Translations under genes and position numbers: made by a program
NCBI GenBank assembly: GCA_046758445.1
Contig: JBHIAE010000010.1
Location: forward strand, 4,052 to 68,051
Source of the DNA: Candidatus Thorarchaeota archaeon
GTDB lineage: Archaea > Asgardarchaeota > Thorarchaeia > Thorarchaeales > Thorarchaeaceae
Reading direction: 5' to 3'
Length of the DNA: 64,000 nucleotides
Shown: in pieces, positions 35,316 through 44,506 of the stretch
Layout: the number at the start of each line of letters is the position of its first letter
How positions within the stretch are numbered: position 1 is the stretch's first letter
Notes under the pieces: model-generated
Told to the model about the DNA's origin: nothing
What the model saw: the letters and a program-made list of their open reading frames with translations, nothing else
Database searches by the model: none

Positions 35316-36419
35316 TCATCTATCTTTTGGGACTCTATATCTGTGAACTAGAAGTGTGAAGTCCTCGTGTTCCAGAGTATGACGCCACAGCTGCTTACAC
35401 CCACACTCCAACCCTTCAATTGCGGCTTCCTTCTGGTCCAAGGAGAAAGAACGTATCGCATTGGTGATTACTTCGTCACAACTTCCGCAGTTGTGAGTAC
35501 CACGTGGCTTTCCAGCCCCAACTGGATCGCACACAATGTTGATTGACCGGTCAATCTCGTTCCTAGAGCTGTGAAGTACGTCAATGAGTGACCAGAGCCA
35601 TGGAGGACGGTAGAGTCCTCTTGACCACATTCTCTCAACTAGTGTATGCTTCTGCACATTGACTGGATTTACAGAGATTGTTGTGACTTCCATCTTCGCT
35701 GCGTCTTCAATCGTGCCTTTCGCGTCCAACAGAGCGTCACGTTCTGTCAGGAAAGGCGGCTTGAGAAGCACATACGCTCTGACACCAATTCCATGCGACC
35801 CAGCAATCTTCACGGCACTCTCGAAGTCCTTGGTTTCAAAACCTTTGTTCACGCATAGAGTTCTGATTGCGTCGTTACTACTCTCAAGACCGATGCCAAT
35901 CTCAACTTGGCACTCTCCCAGCATACTTCGTATATTTGCCATTTGGTCATCTGTTACGAATTGTGGGCGGGATTCCAGCACTACTTCGCTGACTCGATCA
36001 TCGCCACCAATTACCCGCAGAATCTCATCACGTGCAGGAGTCGGGACCTCTTCTGGATCGAGGAAACTACCACTTGTATACACCTTTACGGAGAGTGGAC
36101 CTGTTTCTGAGTCTAGGCTCTTCGCGGCTTCATCAAACTGCTGGATGAGCTTGTCTGCTGGAACCGCTTCGTGTGATCCATCCAGAATGTAACTGCACAT
36201 AGTGCAGCCTCCACTATCACCACGTGCATGGCTACATCCAGAAGTTGCCAAGACCACAGAGAGAGTCGTGCCAATACTTGAGCCAACCCTGCTTTTGGAC
36301 ACCCAGCTGGCTGCTGGTCTTGACAGGTTACGTCTACGGATCCTGTCCAACGAACTGCCTCGTGCACTTAGGTTGGCGTCCGCTATTGTGCTGTGCAAAG
36401 ACTCAGGGATGTGGGACAT
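35316..36419 (-). CDS. Radical-SAM enzyme, RaSEA-like (archaeosine formation partner of ArcS; TIGR01210-type)
   Basis: 367 aa with the Cys cluster SGCSHARGDSGGCTMCSY and an Elp3-like TIM-barrel pattern. Its ATG directly follows the arcS stop codon. Confidence 0.7.
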   Translation of the reverse strand: MSHIPESLHSTIADANLSARGSSLDRIRRRNLSRPAASWVSKSRVGSSIGTTLSVVLATSGCSHARGDSGGCTMCSYILDGSHEAVPADKLIQQFDEAAKSLDSETGPLSVKVYTSGSFLDPEEVPTPARDEILRVIGGDDRVSEVVLESRPQFVTDDQMANIRSMLGECQVEIGIGLESSNDAIRTLCVNKGFETKDFESAVKIAGSHGIGVRAYVLLKPPFLTERDALLDAKGTIEDAAKMEVTTISVNPVNVQKHTLVERMWSRGLYRPPWLWSLIDVLHSSRNEIDRSINIVCDPVGAGKPRGTHNCGSCDEVITNAIRSFSLDQKEAAIEGLECGCKQLWRHTLEHEDFTLLVHRYRVPKDR

Positions 36420-38363
36420 CTACTTTCCACGCTCCACCTTGTGCCGTAGAGTCACCGCTCGGCCTTTGTCAAGTTCACACATCTCTAGGCCCGACATCTC
36501 ACTTCTGCCAACGGCGGCAACTTGACCGCTCGAGTCAAGGACAATGACTTCGTCCCCAGGACGGATTCCAGGATCGGCTTCACGAACACCGACAGCAAAG
36601 ATGGACCCTCCTACAATCTCCTTCCCCTCAAAAAGAACCCAACCTTGTTTCAACGGTTCTAGCAGACGGCCCCCAGCAAGCGTGAGCGACACTGTGCCAG
36701 ATTTTGACACATAGGTGCAGACCTGGTAACCGCCTACTCGGCAAGTGACTGTGTGATACAGCTTTCCGCGTAGACTTGCCCCCTGAGGAATCAGGAGATC
36801 TCCGGCTCCACGGCCAAACTGAAAGTCGGAAGAAGCACGTAGAGTGTCCTCTAGGTCAGTTCGTTGTTTGTTTGTGATGTCCAGAACCTTGGCCATGTCC
36901 TTTAGAGTGTCCTGAAGCTCTTCAAGCGAGGCTCTGCTTGTAGCTGACTCATCAGGAGTTGTGTAGATGATGCTCTGTGGTATTCCTTCCTCTGCTTTCT
37001 TGACAATGTTCATGTACCCTCCCGATACGTGCGCGACAACTACGGTTGATTCGCTGAACTTCTGCAGGTGTTCTTCAAGTGCGTGTACCGCAATCTCTGT
37101 TTCTTCTGCATCCCAATCACCAGTGACTGGTATATCATATTGAGCAGCCGGAGGCATTCTCTCAAGCTCTCGAGGGACCACACCTAGTGGTGAAGTCAGA
37201 ATTGTTTCAGCAACTCTGAAGCGCAGAGACCCAAGTGCAGACTCCACAGCCCGGAGAAAACGTTTGTGCGACTTTGAGTCCGAGTAGGGCTTTCTGGCTG
37301 AGCATGGTAGGAGCAGTACAATCTTCTTGTGTTCCGGAGGGCGATAGCGCTTGACCACTCTCTCTCGAAATCGCCTAATCATAGGCGAGTTGTATGACTC
37401 AGGACCGATCAGTGGGATGGCCCCCCTACCGGTTGTAGGAGTAAACTCTTCCAAGTAGGAGTAGAGTTCGGCATCGATTCTCCTTAGAAACGCAGCCATG
37501 GATGGACTGGCATGAGTCATGGATTCAACAAGCCATCGCAGTTTCCCAGAGTGCATCGCTTGAGTACACTCCGACATCAGCATCTCATAGACCGCAAGAT
37601 TGTGTTCAGTAAGGATCTTTGTCATTTGGCAATCAGAATCCAAGTCTGTTTCAGCAAGAGATACACATGCAGGACACGAGCACAAGCGCAGACTCTTCCA
37701 TGATCCGATAATCTCGGAGTCCATGCGCCATAGTCTCATCCTTCTCGCTGCAGCCTCAAAAGCATGTCCGACGTCCAGAATATCAAAACCTAGGTAGTAT
37801 AGAACAGGCATAGTGTATGGTTCTACCCTTCCGATTGATAGCGCAAGCCAGTTGCGAGGAAGTTTCCGTCGGAGTAGTACCGATCTGAAGTCGGAAGGCC
37901 CAAGGTCGCAATTGAGTTGGAAAGCCGCTGCCTTGAGGCCGAGCTGGTCGAATCTCCTGAACGCCCTTTCAGCTGCATCAAGATCGAGAGATGATGGTAC
38001 TCTAAGAATCGTCTGTGAGGGAACAACCTCTGATTCAATCTTCTTGAGAGTCTTCTCCTGGTACTCAAGCAACTTTTCTCCGGTCTCAATCCCGAGTGAT
38101 TCGCCTGCAATCATTGAGGGAAGAATCAACATGTCTTCACTGACGAGTGCTATTTCATTCTCAAATGAGAAGGGTAGAGAAAACACAACTGGATGACCGT
38201 CTGTAGCCTTGTCTCGGTTCAGAGTAGAATAACGGATTGAGAGCCTTCCGGCATGTGTCGGGCCAATGAGCGAGGGAGTAGCAATCGCCGTTTCTCCCAA
38301 CCTCACAGACCCTACTCTCGCAGGGCCATCGTGACCGCGGTCAATCAAGAACACACTCAACAA
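36420..38363 (-). CDS. arcS: Archaeosine synthase ArcS-like (TGT-like domain + DUF5591 + PUA)
   Basis: 647 aa with the TGT zinc motif CSCPAC, the motif LLLPCSARKPYSDSKSH, and a C-terminal PUA domain (IRPGDEVIVLDSSGQVAAVGRSEMSG). Confidence 0.8.
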   Translation of the reverse strand: MLSVFLIDRGHDGPARVGSVRLGETAIATPSLIGPTHAGRLSIRYSTLNRDKATDGHPVVFSLPFSFENEIALVSEDMLILPSMIAGESLGIETGEKLLEYQEKTLKKIESEVVPSQTILRVPSSLDLDAAERAFRRFDQLGLKAAAFQLNCDLGPSDFRSVLLRRKLPRNWLALSIGRVEPYTMPVLYYLGFDILDVGHAFEAAARRMRLWRMDSEIIGSWKSLRLCSCPACVSLAETDLDSDCQMTKILTEHNLAVYEMLMSECTQAMHSGKLRWLVESMTHASPSMAAFLRRIDAELYSYLEEFTPTTGRGAIPLIGPESYNSPMIRRFRERVVKRYRPPEHKKIVLLLPCSARKPYSDSKSHKRFLRAVESALGSLRFRVAETILTSPLGVVPRELERMPPAAQYDIPVTGDWDAEETEIAVHALEEHLQKFSESTVVVAHVSGGYMNIVKKAEEGIPQSIIYTTPDESATSRASLEELQDTLKDMAKVLDITNKQRTDLEDTLRASSDFQFGRGAGDLLIPQGASLRGKLYHTVTCRVGGYQVCTYVSKSGTVSLTLAGGRLLEPLKQGWVLFEGKEIVGGSIFAVGVREADPGIRPGDEVIVLDSSGQVAAVGRSEMSGLEMCELDKGRAVTLRHKVERGK

Positions 38364-38378
38364 GAGTCACCTTATTTC

Positions 38379-41051
38379 CTAGACAAGAGGCTCGTATCCC
38401 GCATATCCCTTCGTATCCACGTCCGTTTCAACCTTCCCCAGAATCTGCTTGACACTGTCAAGCGCACCGAGCTTGAAGAGGGGTCTGTTATTGTTTCCAC
38501 ACTGATACGAATAGGTGCACAGTGGACAGCCATCAACTGTATTGCAGTCACATTTCCCAAGGATTGTTTCTGTTCTTCTGAAAGCCTCATCAAGTCTTGT
38601 GAAGAGAAGCTTGGACGCACCGTTTCCCCCTGGACTGCCATCATATACGAAAATGATCCCAGAGTCCCCCATCGAAACACCACCAATTTCCCTTGTGCTT
38701 CCACCCGTAAGCATATCGCTGGACTCTATCACGACATGTTCCAGAGCGTGGAATGCACCTCCATACAGGTCAGCAGGACCCAATCTAGGGCCCTTGGCGT
38801 CAGTCAGCTTTCCACCTAAGTAGTCGTTAACAACATTTGTAGGTCCGGGGGCTGTGAAGGCAAAGCCTCGAGTGACATACTTGTAGACCAGGGGTTCAGA
38901 CAGATCAGATCTGCCGACGACTTTCCCTGTTCTGGTTTCCTTCTTCACGTATCCATACACAGTCTGTGTCATCTCTAGTGCACAGTAGACTACGTTGAGA
39001 CCCAGGACCTTTCGTTCTTCGATCACCTCCAGTAATCGAGGCATGGTAGAGTAGAGAGGGCGAGTGTGGACGCTTCGATCCTGGAAGGGGACTATGGTCG
39101 CCCTCCCAAATCCAGGTGCATAGCGGAAGTCCACAGACATGTAGTTCTTTCCACCGTGAAGATAAATCGCCCCTGGATGGAGTTCCTGTGAGGCCATTGG
39201 CATGCACCTCTGACCAAGAGTTCGCTCTCCTGACCTTATCTGAACTGTATCGCCAATACCACGAATGCTGTAGCCTCTCCATTTCTTCCGAGCTTGATCT
39301 GAGTCGGTGACACGAACGCTCCCATCCTCCAAGACGGCGATTATTCCGTCCTCAGCGAGAGTGTCTAGAATTCGCCTTTGACGGGGAAACATAGAAGCAT
39401 TCAGTCTTCCAGTCATGGCGGCTGCGATCAGCTGGTAGTATCCGACAACTTCATTCTCGGGCTCCATGTATGCTGAATCAATGTCAGTGAAGTACTTCTC
39501 AGGCTCGTATCTGTAGAAGGAGGATATCGGGTCTTTTTCGCGAAGAGCAAGAATGGCTACGCTCTCTTGACCCTTCCTTCCCGCCCGACCCGTCCGCTGA
39601 GTAAGGCGTGTAATTGACACAATCATGCTCACGACGCTGTCCAAGTCGCCGATATCAATACCCAATTCAAGTGTCGGAGTTGAAACGAGAACTTGCAGTG
39701 AGCCTGACTTGAATTGTGACTCCACTTGACTTCTGTACTTCTTCGAAAGCCCGGCACGGTGCACCATCGACTTCAATCCGGCATCACCGAGAAGCATATT
39801 GAGGACTTCGGCCTCTGAGTGAGTGTTTCCAAAGACTAAGGTCTTGAACCCTCCCTCTCGGAGCCTCCTCACAAGGTCAACAATCATAGTATACTTGCTC
39901 CGATCACCGGGATAGAACATCATGAAGTGAATCGGACCTCTCTTGGCACTTGTCGACTCGACAAGTTGTACTTTGCTGTCAAAGAGCTGGTCAGCAAACT
40001 CCTTGGGATTAGCTATAGTGGCTGATGCGCCTATTTTCTGAAAATGCCCCGCCTCCATCTCTAGTCGCTTCAGAATGTAGTAGACATTAGAGCCCATTGA
40101 TCCAGTGTAGAGATGAATCTCATCAAGGACTACGTATTTCACGGTACGCAGTAGAGGAACAAGACGGGAACCGACCCATCCTAGATGATAGTGTAGGACA
40201 TCGGGATTTGTCACAAGTATGTCGGGAGGTTTCGAGTAGATCTTCGTCCTTTGGCTTTGTGACACATCTCCATCGAAGATGGCAACGCTCAGTCCAGAAG
40301 CTTCACACATCTCTACGACCTTGTCATACTGGTCGCGGGCAAGCGCCTTTGTCGGATAGATCAGTAGTGCACGGACTCCAGACTCCATGAAGGAATCCTT
40401 AATGGTAACGAGAAGTTTCCTGATTATCGGGAGGATAAATGCCTCAGTCTTGCCCTGAGCAGTCGGAGCTGCCATGACGACATCTTCTCCCGCGAATATC
40501 AGATCGGCAGCTTGATCTTGAAACCTGTAGAGTCGTTCTATGCCCTTTCCTACGAGAAGCTCTTTCAAACGCGTCGGTATCTTGACTTCATCCATGTTTC
40601 TTCCGTATTCGGCATCGGTAGCTGGCATGTATTGATACTTCACAAGGTAATCACGCCCGCCATCAAGGAGTGCCCGAACAGAATCACTCAGGTCTTCCAG
40701 GGCCATTCCGCCTCTGCTCGCCAGTCTGGAAACCTGTTCATTCGACTGAACTCTAGATCCGCGCGGGCGCCTTGTCCTGGAAGAAGTCCTCTGAGAGGCG
40801 GCCACAGAACTTCTGGATCTTCTTCCTCTACGGACACTAGACGCCGAGGGTACTTGGTCTTTCAGGATGGCCTCACTGAAAGCCTCATAGGCATCAAACA
40901 GATCCTTGCCGCGGCCAGCCACCTGTAGCTCTGCGTCGCAATGAGAGCAAACCACTGTCCAGATATGGCTCCCTCTCGGACGGTTGATATGGAGTTTGGA
41001 GCCGCATTTGGGGCAGTGAAGAACAGGCATTGATTCAACCCTTCTTGCCAC
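38379..41051 (-). CDS. DEXH-box helicase with DUF1998/MrfA zinc domain (MrfA/YprA/Hrq1-like)
   Basis: 890 aa. It has an N-terminal zinc ribbon (CPKCGS...CSHCDAEL), an Arg/Ser-rich linker, motif I APTAQGKTEAF, motif II VLDEIH, motif III SAT, and a C-terminal CDCNTVDGCPLCTYSYQCGNNNRPL. Confidence 0.85.
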   Translation of the reverse strand: MARRVESMPVLHCPKCGSKLHINRPRGSHIWTVVCSHCDAELQVAGRGKDLFDAYEAFSEAILKDQVPSASSVRRGRRSRSSVAASQRTSSRTRRPRGSRVQSNEQVSRLASRGGMALEDLSDSVRALLDGGRDYLVKYQYMPATDAEYGRNMDEVKIPTRLKELLVGKGIERLYRFQDQAADLIFAGEDVVMAAPTAQGKTEAFILPIIRKLLVTIKDSFMESGVRALLIYPTKALARDQYDKVVEMCEASGLSVAIFDGDVSQSQRTKIYSKPPDILVTNPDVLHYHLGWVGSRLVPLLRTVKYVVLDEIHLYTGSMGSNVYYILKRLEMEAGHFQKIGASATIANPKEFADQLFDSKVQLVESTSAKRGPIHFMMFYPGDRSKYTMIVDLVRRLREGGFKTLVFGNTHSEAEVLNMLLGDAGLKSMVHRAGLSKKYRSQVESQFKSGSLQVLVSTPTLELGIDIGDLDSVVSMIVSITRLTQRTGRAGRKGQESVAILALREKDPISSFYRYEPEKYFTDIDSAYMEPENEVVGYYQLIAAAMTGRLNASMFPRQRRILDTLAEDGIIAVLEDGSVRVTDSDQARKKWRGYSIRGIGDTVQIRSGERTLGQRCMPMASQELHPGAIYLHGGKNYMSVDFRYAPGFGRATIVPFQDRSVHTRPLYSTMPRLLEVIEERKVLGLNVVYCALEMTQTVYGYVKKETRTGKVVGRSDLSEPLVYKYVTRGFAFTAPGPTNVVNDYLGGKLTDAKGPRLGPADLYGGAFHALEHVVIESSDMLTGGSTREIGGVSMGDSGIIFVYDGSPGGNGASKLLFTRLDEAFRRTETILGKCDCNTVDGCPLCTYSYQCGNNNRPLFKLGALDSVKQILGKVETDVDTKGYAGYEPLV

Positions 41052-41076
41052 CTCTCAAAGGTCAACTTATCAAAGT

Positions 41077-41535
41077 TTGGCAGAAGGGAAAGTAGTTTCA
41101 CCGCGCCATAGCAAGCTTTTTAACGATTGTGCAAGATGCTTGCACAGTCGCTCTCAATCGCAGGGAGATGAAAGTTACATGGTTGAAGAGATTAGTGCCG
41201 ACCGGATAGATCAGGTCGTAAATGAGAACAAGCTCGTTTTCGTGGATTGTCATGCCGTTTGGTGTGGACCGTGCCGCACTCTATCGCCTCTTCTTGAGGA
41301 ACTAGACGGCAAGTATGGAGAGAAGGGCTTCAAAGTCGTGAAGCTAGACGTCGACCAGAACAGAGACTTCAGTATGGAGAACAGAATCACTGGAGTTCCA
41401 AGTGTCTTCGTCTACAGCGAGGGCAAGCGCGTCGTTTTCGATGATGGCCGTGGAAGTAAATCAGATAGACTGATTGGAGTGATGCCTCCAGAGGTATACA
41501 CTCAGATCATAGAAGAGCTCCTAGTAGAAGCATAA
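41077..41535 (+). CDS. trxA: Thioredoxin
   Basis: It carries the WCGPC active site. The probable start is the internal ATG (MVEEISADRI) near 41179. Confidence 0.85.
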   Translation: MAEGKVVSPRHSKLFNDCARCLHSRSQSQGDESYMVEEISADRIDQVVNENKLVFVDCHAVWCGPCRTLSPLLEELDGKYGEKGFKVVKLDVDQNRDFSMENRITGVPSVFVYSEGKRVVFDDGRGSKSDRLIGVMPPEVYTQIIEELLVEA

Positions 41536-41667
41536 TTAGTCAAGTGTTACACCGTACAGATTCTTCATCTGTATCATGGGAACTCGACTTCTTCTGGATT
41601 CAGGGATCTTTGCAGCAAGATTCATAGCCTCCTTCTTGACTGACGCTTCGTCTGGGAAGAGATTGCC

Positions 41668-42036
41668 TTGGTCAGAGATGTCGGCATAGACAATGTTGAA
41701 CATGCAGTAATGCAGGCAAAAGTGACGCTCGTCGATTGTTGGGCCCCGTGGTGCAGACCGTGTCTAAAACTATCGCCCATCCTAGAGGAGCTGGAAGAGA
41801 AGTATGCTGACAATCCAGATGTCGCCTTTCTGAAGATCAACGTTGAGCAACATCAAGAGTATGGTACTCGGAACAGAATCTATGCGATACCCTGTGTATT
41901 GGTGTTTTTCAATGGGGAGCCTGCGCAGTTTGAGGACCCAAACAGTAAGCAGAGTGGTAGTTTGACGGATCGGCTTGTTGGACTTAGATCGATTGAGCAC
42001 TATGAATCCGTCATAGAGCAACTATTGGGCAATTGA
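41668..42036 (+). CDS. Thioredoxin paralog with variant WCRPC active site
   Basis: 122 aa with VDCWAPWCRPCLKLSP and a TTG track start. Confidence 0.75.
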   Translation: MVRDVGIDNVEHAVMQAKVTLVDCWAPWCRPCLKLSPILEELEEKYADNPDVAFLKINVEQHQEYGTRNRIYAIPCVLVFFNGEPAQFEDPNSKQSGSLTDRLVGLRSIEHYESVIEQLLGN

Positions 42037-42118
42037 ACCCCCCGCCCCATTTCACCTGATGTTTTATATTCCTCTTCGCAACAACGGACTAGGACCAGAG
42101 TAAGTTGAGGTAGCAAGA

Positions 42119-42643
42119 ATGCCGATTCTGCCTTTTGGAGACAAGAACCCAAAGATTGACGAGAAGGCCTACATAAGCCCTCAAGCAACTATCGTTGGCG
42201 ATGTCGAGATAGGCGCAGGGGTGAGTGTTTGGCCAGGCGCCGTGATAAGAGGCGACCAAGCCGCAGTTAGAATAGGTGAAAACACCTGTATTCAGGACAG
42301 TGTTGTGGTCCACGCCCACAACGAGGACAACCCAGCCATCATAGGGAATCTAAGTGTCATGGGCAGCACCTCCGTTATCCACGGCGTGTACGTTGGTGAC
42401 TCCGCAAACATTGGTGAGGGATGTGTTGTCTTTGATGGAGCAACACTTGGAGAAGGTATAATGCTTGCACCAGGAAGCATAGTCCCACCGAATATCGTCA
42501 TACCTCCAAGGAGTCTGAACTCCGGAGTCCCTGCATCTCAGATACGTGAGCTCTCTAGAGAGGAGGTTGAGAAACAGTCTGCCAGAGCGGAAACAATCGC
42601 TCAGGTGTTTCAGAAACTGAAGAGATGGCAAGGAATACCCTAG
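42119..42643 (+). CDS. Gamma-carbonic-anhydrase-like left-handed beta-helix protein
   Basis: 174 aa with hexapeptide repeats. The N-terminus PKIDEKAYISPQATIVGDVEIGAGVSVWPGAVIRGD is typical of the YrdA/PaaY family. Confidence 0.85.
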   Translation: MPILPFGDKNPKIDEKAYISPQATIVGDVEIGAGVSVWPGAVIRGDQAAVRIGENTCIQDSVVVHAHNEDNPAIIGNLSVMGSTSVIHGVYVGDSANIGEGCVVFDGATLGEGIMLAPGSIVPPNIVIPPRSLNSGVPASQIRELSREEVEKQSARAETIAQVFQKLKRWQGIP

Positions 42644-43779
42644 ACAAGAGTTTCCCTTGCAACCGCGGAGAGACTCTCCACACCACTTGCTGTAACTAGA
42701 AGCACATCTGCAATCTTGATGGCACCAATCTCCGGCAAGTAGCATGAGGGATGAATCGAAAGAACCATTCCCTGCCTGAGCGAAGCGTCACACTCAGAGT
42801 ATATGAGTGGAGGTTCCTGAAGATCAAGCCCTATTGAATTGCCAATAGGCTGGAGAAGACTGTCCGTAGGAACCCTCTTGCGTATCTTCTTCATTATCTT
42901 GCCATAGACATCTGTTACAGGGACACCTGGCTTCATGGTTCCCTCCGCGGTCTTATAGACCTGAAGCATTCCTTCGAACAGCTTCTGTTGGGCCTTGCTA
43001 GGCTTCCCGGTATGAAGAGTCCGTGCCACTTCGGCGAAGTATCCTGCCTGGCTGACTGTGATGTCTATTGTAACGAGTGCATCACTACCTATTCGACTTG
43101 CGCTAGAGGGAACAAAGGGGAATTTCGCGTGGTTTCCAGAAAGTACTGCGGCCCTGATACCCCTAAGCTGACCACCAGCGGCCCTCATAGCGGCCTCGAT
43201 CTCAATTGATGCTTCATCTTCTGGCTTTCCGGGAACTACAATCTCCAGAGCCGTCCTGATTCCAATGTCTGCAATCTTCGCAGCTTGTCTAATGGCCTCT
43301 ATCTCTGCTTCGTCCTTGACCTGTCTGAGTTTCCACAACGCGGATGAGAAGTCCTTGAACCCAGCTCCTGGGAGCACGGTCTTCAGGTAGTCGAATTCCT
43401 TGACAGAGATTCGATCCTGTTGGAGTCCAATCATCCCAGAATCCACTCCCAGTTCCTCAAGGACCTGGACTACAGAGTTCCAGAATGATGACCTGCGGTA
43501 ATGTCCCCACTCGTTGTCATACTGGTCATCTATGTGCTGCACAGCGGCCATGACTGAATCTTGACCTAGCGCCTCTTCCTGCAATCTTGACAATACTAGT
43601 TGAGATTGACGCCCCTCAACTACGACACAGCCTACAGGTAAAGCACTTAGCGGACTCTCGTATCCTGTGAAGTAATGAACATCTTGTCTTCTCGTAACTA
43701 CCAAGGCCTCAATCTGCTCACTCCTCATTGAGCGATAAGCTCTCTCAAGTCGTTGCGGTGTGAACTGCATTCTTGGCAT
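42640..43779 (-). CDS. M24 family Xaa-Pro peptidase
   Basis: 379 aa with a creatinase-like N-domain and a pita-bread domain (IDITVSQAGYFAEVART...LSIHPSCY). Confidence 0.85.
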   Translation of the reverse strand: MPRMQFTPQRLERAYRSMRSEQIEALVVTRRQDVHYFTGYESPLSALPVGCVVVEGRQSQLVLSRLQEEALGQDSVMAAVQHIDDQYDNEWGHYRRSSFWNSVVQVLEELGVDSGMIGLQQDRISVKEFDYLKTVLPGAGFKDFSSALWKLRQVKDEAEIEAIRQAAKIADIGIRTALEIVVPGKPEDEASIEIEAAMRAAGGQLRGIRAAVLSGNHAKFPFVPSSASRIGSDALVTIDITVSQAGYFAEVARTLHTGKPSKAQQKLFEGMLQVYKTAEGTMKPGVPVTDVYGKIMKKIRKRVPTDSLLQPIGNSIGLDLQEPPLIYSECDASLRQGMVLSIHPSCYLPEIGAIKIADVLLVTASGVESLSAVARETLV

Positions 43780-43885
43780 CTCTCTTGGGAGTCACTCGGC
43801 TAACTTGGGTCACAGGGATTTGACGTAATCTGTCGAATTCAACGCTCATTTAAGCGTAATGTCGATTCGGCGCGAAGAGAAACAG

Positions 43886-43963
43886 TGGCGGGACCGCCCG
43901 GATTCGAACCGGGGATTTCCAACTCCGCAGGCTGGCGCCTTATCCATGCTAGACTACGGCCCC
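43886..43963 (-). tRNA. tRNA-Arg (anticodon GCG), CCA encoded
   Basis: I folded it by hand: acceptor GGGGCCG/CGGTCCC, D stem GTCT/AGGC, anticodon stem CCAGC/GTTGG with loop CTGCGGA, and T arm CCCGG-TTCGAAT-CCGGG. It is 78 nt with no intron. Confidence 0.92.
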
Positions 43964-43985
43964 ATCAAGGCGGGACCAATACGGC

Positions 43986-43991
43986 TTATAG
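43986..43991 (-). promoter_or_regulatory. TATA box (CTATAA on minus strand) about 25 nt upstream of tRNA-Arg(GCG)
   Basis: The position matches the canonical archaeal -26 TATA relative to the mature 5' end. Confidence 0.55.
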
Positions 43992-44043
43992 ACCCTTCGC
44001 TGGGTTGCTGTTAGAAGAAGGACTCTGGCTATTTCTACTTGCT

Positions 44044-44262
44044 TCAAGGACTTGTCCTAGGCACCGGCACTTGGAGTATCTCAACGACTGCCCTGCCTTT
44101 GTGCTTTGTCACCCTGAATGTGTGCTCTGCGGTTTGCAGTATGAAACTCTCGCCCTCATCTAGGGCGTCCAGTACAGTACGTCCCATTGGACCATTCAGG
44201 TACCGGGTAAACCTCTCGATAATTCGATCCGTGGGGGAACTGAACCGATTCAGCATACTCAT
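44044..44262 (-). CDS. Small hypothetical protein between the two tRNA-Arg genes
   Basis: 72 aa from the internal ATG (MSMLNRFSSPTDRIIERF...ESFILQTAEHTFRVTKHKGRAVVEILQ). The longer 131-aa track ORF runs through the tRNA and is not credible upstream of this ATG. Confidence 0.3.
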   Translation of the reverse strand: MSMLNRFSSPTDRIIERFTRYLNGPMGRTVLDALDEGESFILQTAEHTFRVTKHKGRAVVEILQVPVPRTSP

Positions 44263-44351
44263 GGTTCTTCGCCTCACATCAGAAGCGTGTGTCCTCTTGA
44301 CGCTTTTAAACTCAGATTGAAACAAGTAGCGGGTGTGAGAAGGTGAATTGA

Positions 44352-44429
44352 TGGCGGGACCGGCCGGATTCGAACCGGCGATACCCAACTCCGGAGGCTG
44401 GTGCCTTATCCATGCTAGACTACGGCCCC
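44352..44429 (-). tRNA. tRNA-Arg (anticodon CCG), CCA encoded
   Basis: It has the same cloverleaf as the GCG gene, with anticodon loop CTCCGGA and T stem GCCGG/CCGGC (a compensatory swap relative to the other copy). It is 78 nt. Confidence 0.92.
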
Positions 44430-44451
44430 AAGCATCCACTTTGGGCGGTTC

Positions 44452-44457
44452 TTTAAA
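44452..44457 (-). promoter_or_regulatory. TATA box (TTTAAA) about 26 nt upstream of tRNA-Arg(CCG)
   Basis: The position is canonical, and the same hexamer is used upstream of other genes in this window. Confidence 0.55.
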
Positions 44458-44506
44458 GATTTGCTCTAGATCATCTACATCCTAGCGTCCTAGGACTTCC
44501 ACAATA

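Noticed and set aside
44263-44439. N-terminal extension of the 131-aa ORF 44044..44439
   Set aside because: This part of the ORF is simply the translation of tRNA-Arg(CCG) and its flank. Only the segment downstream of the internal ATG at 44262 could be coding.
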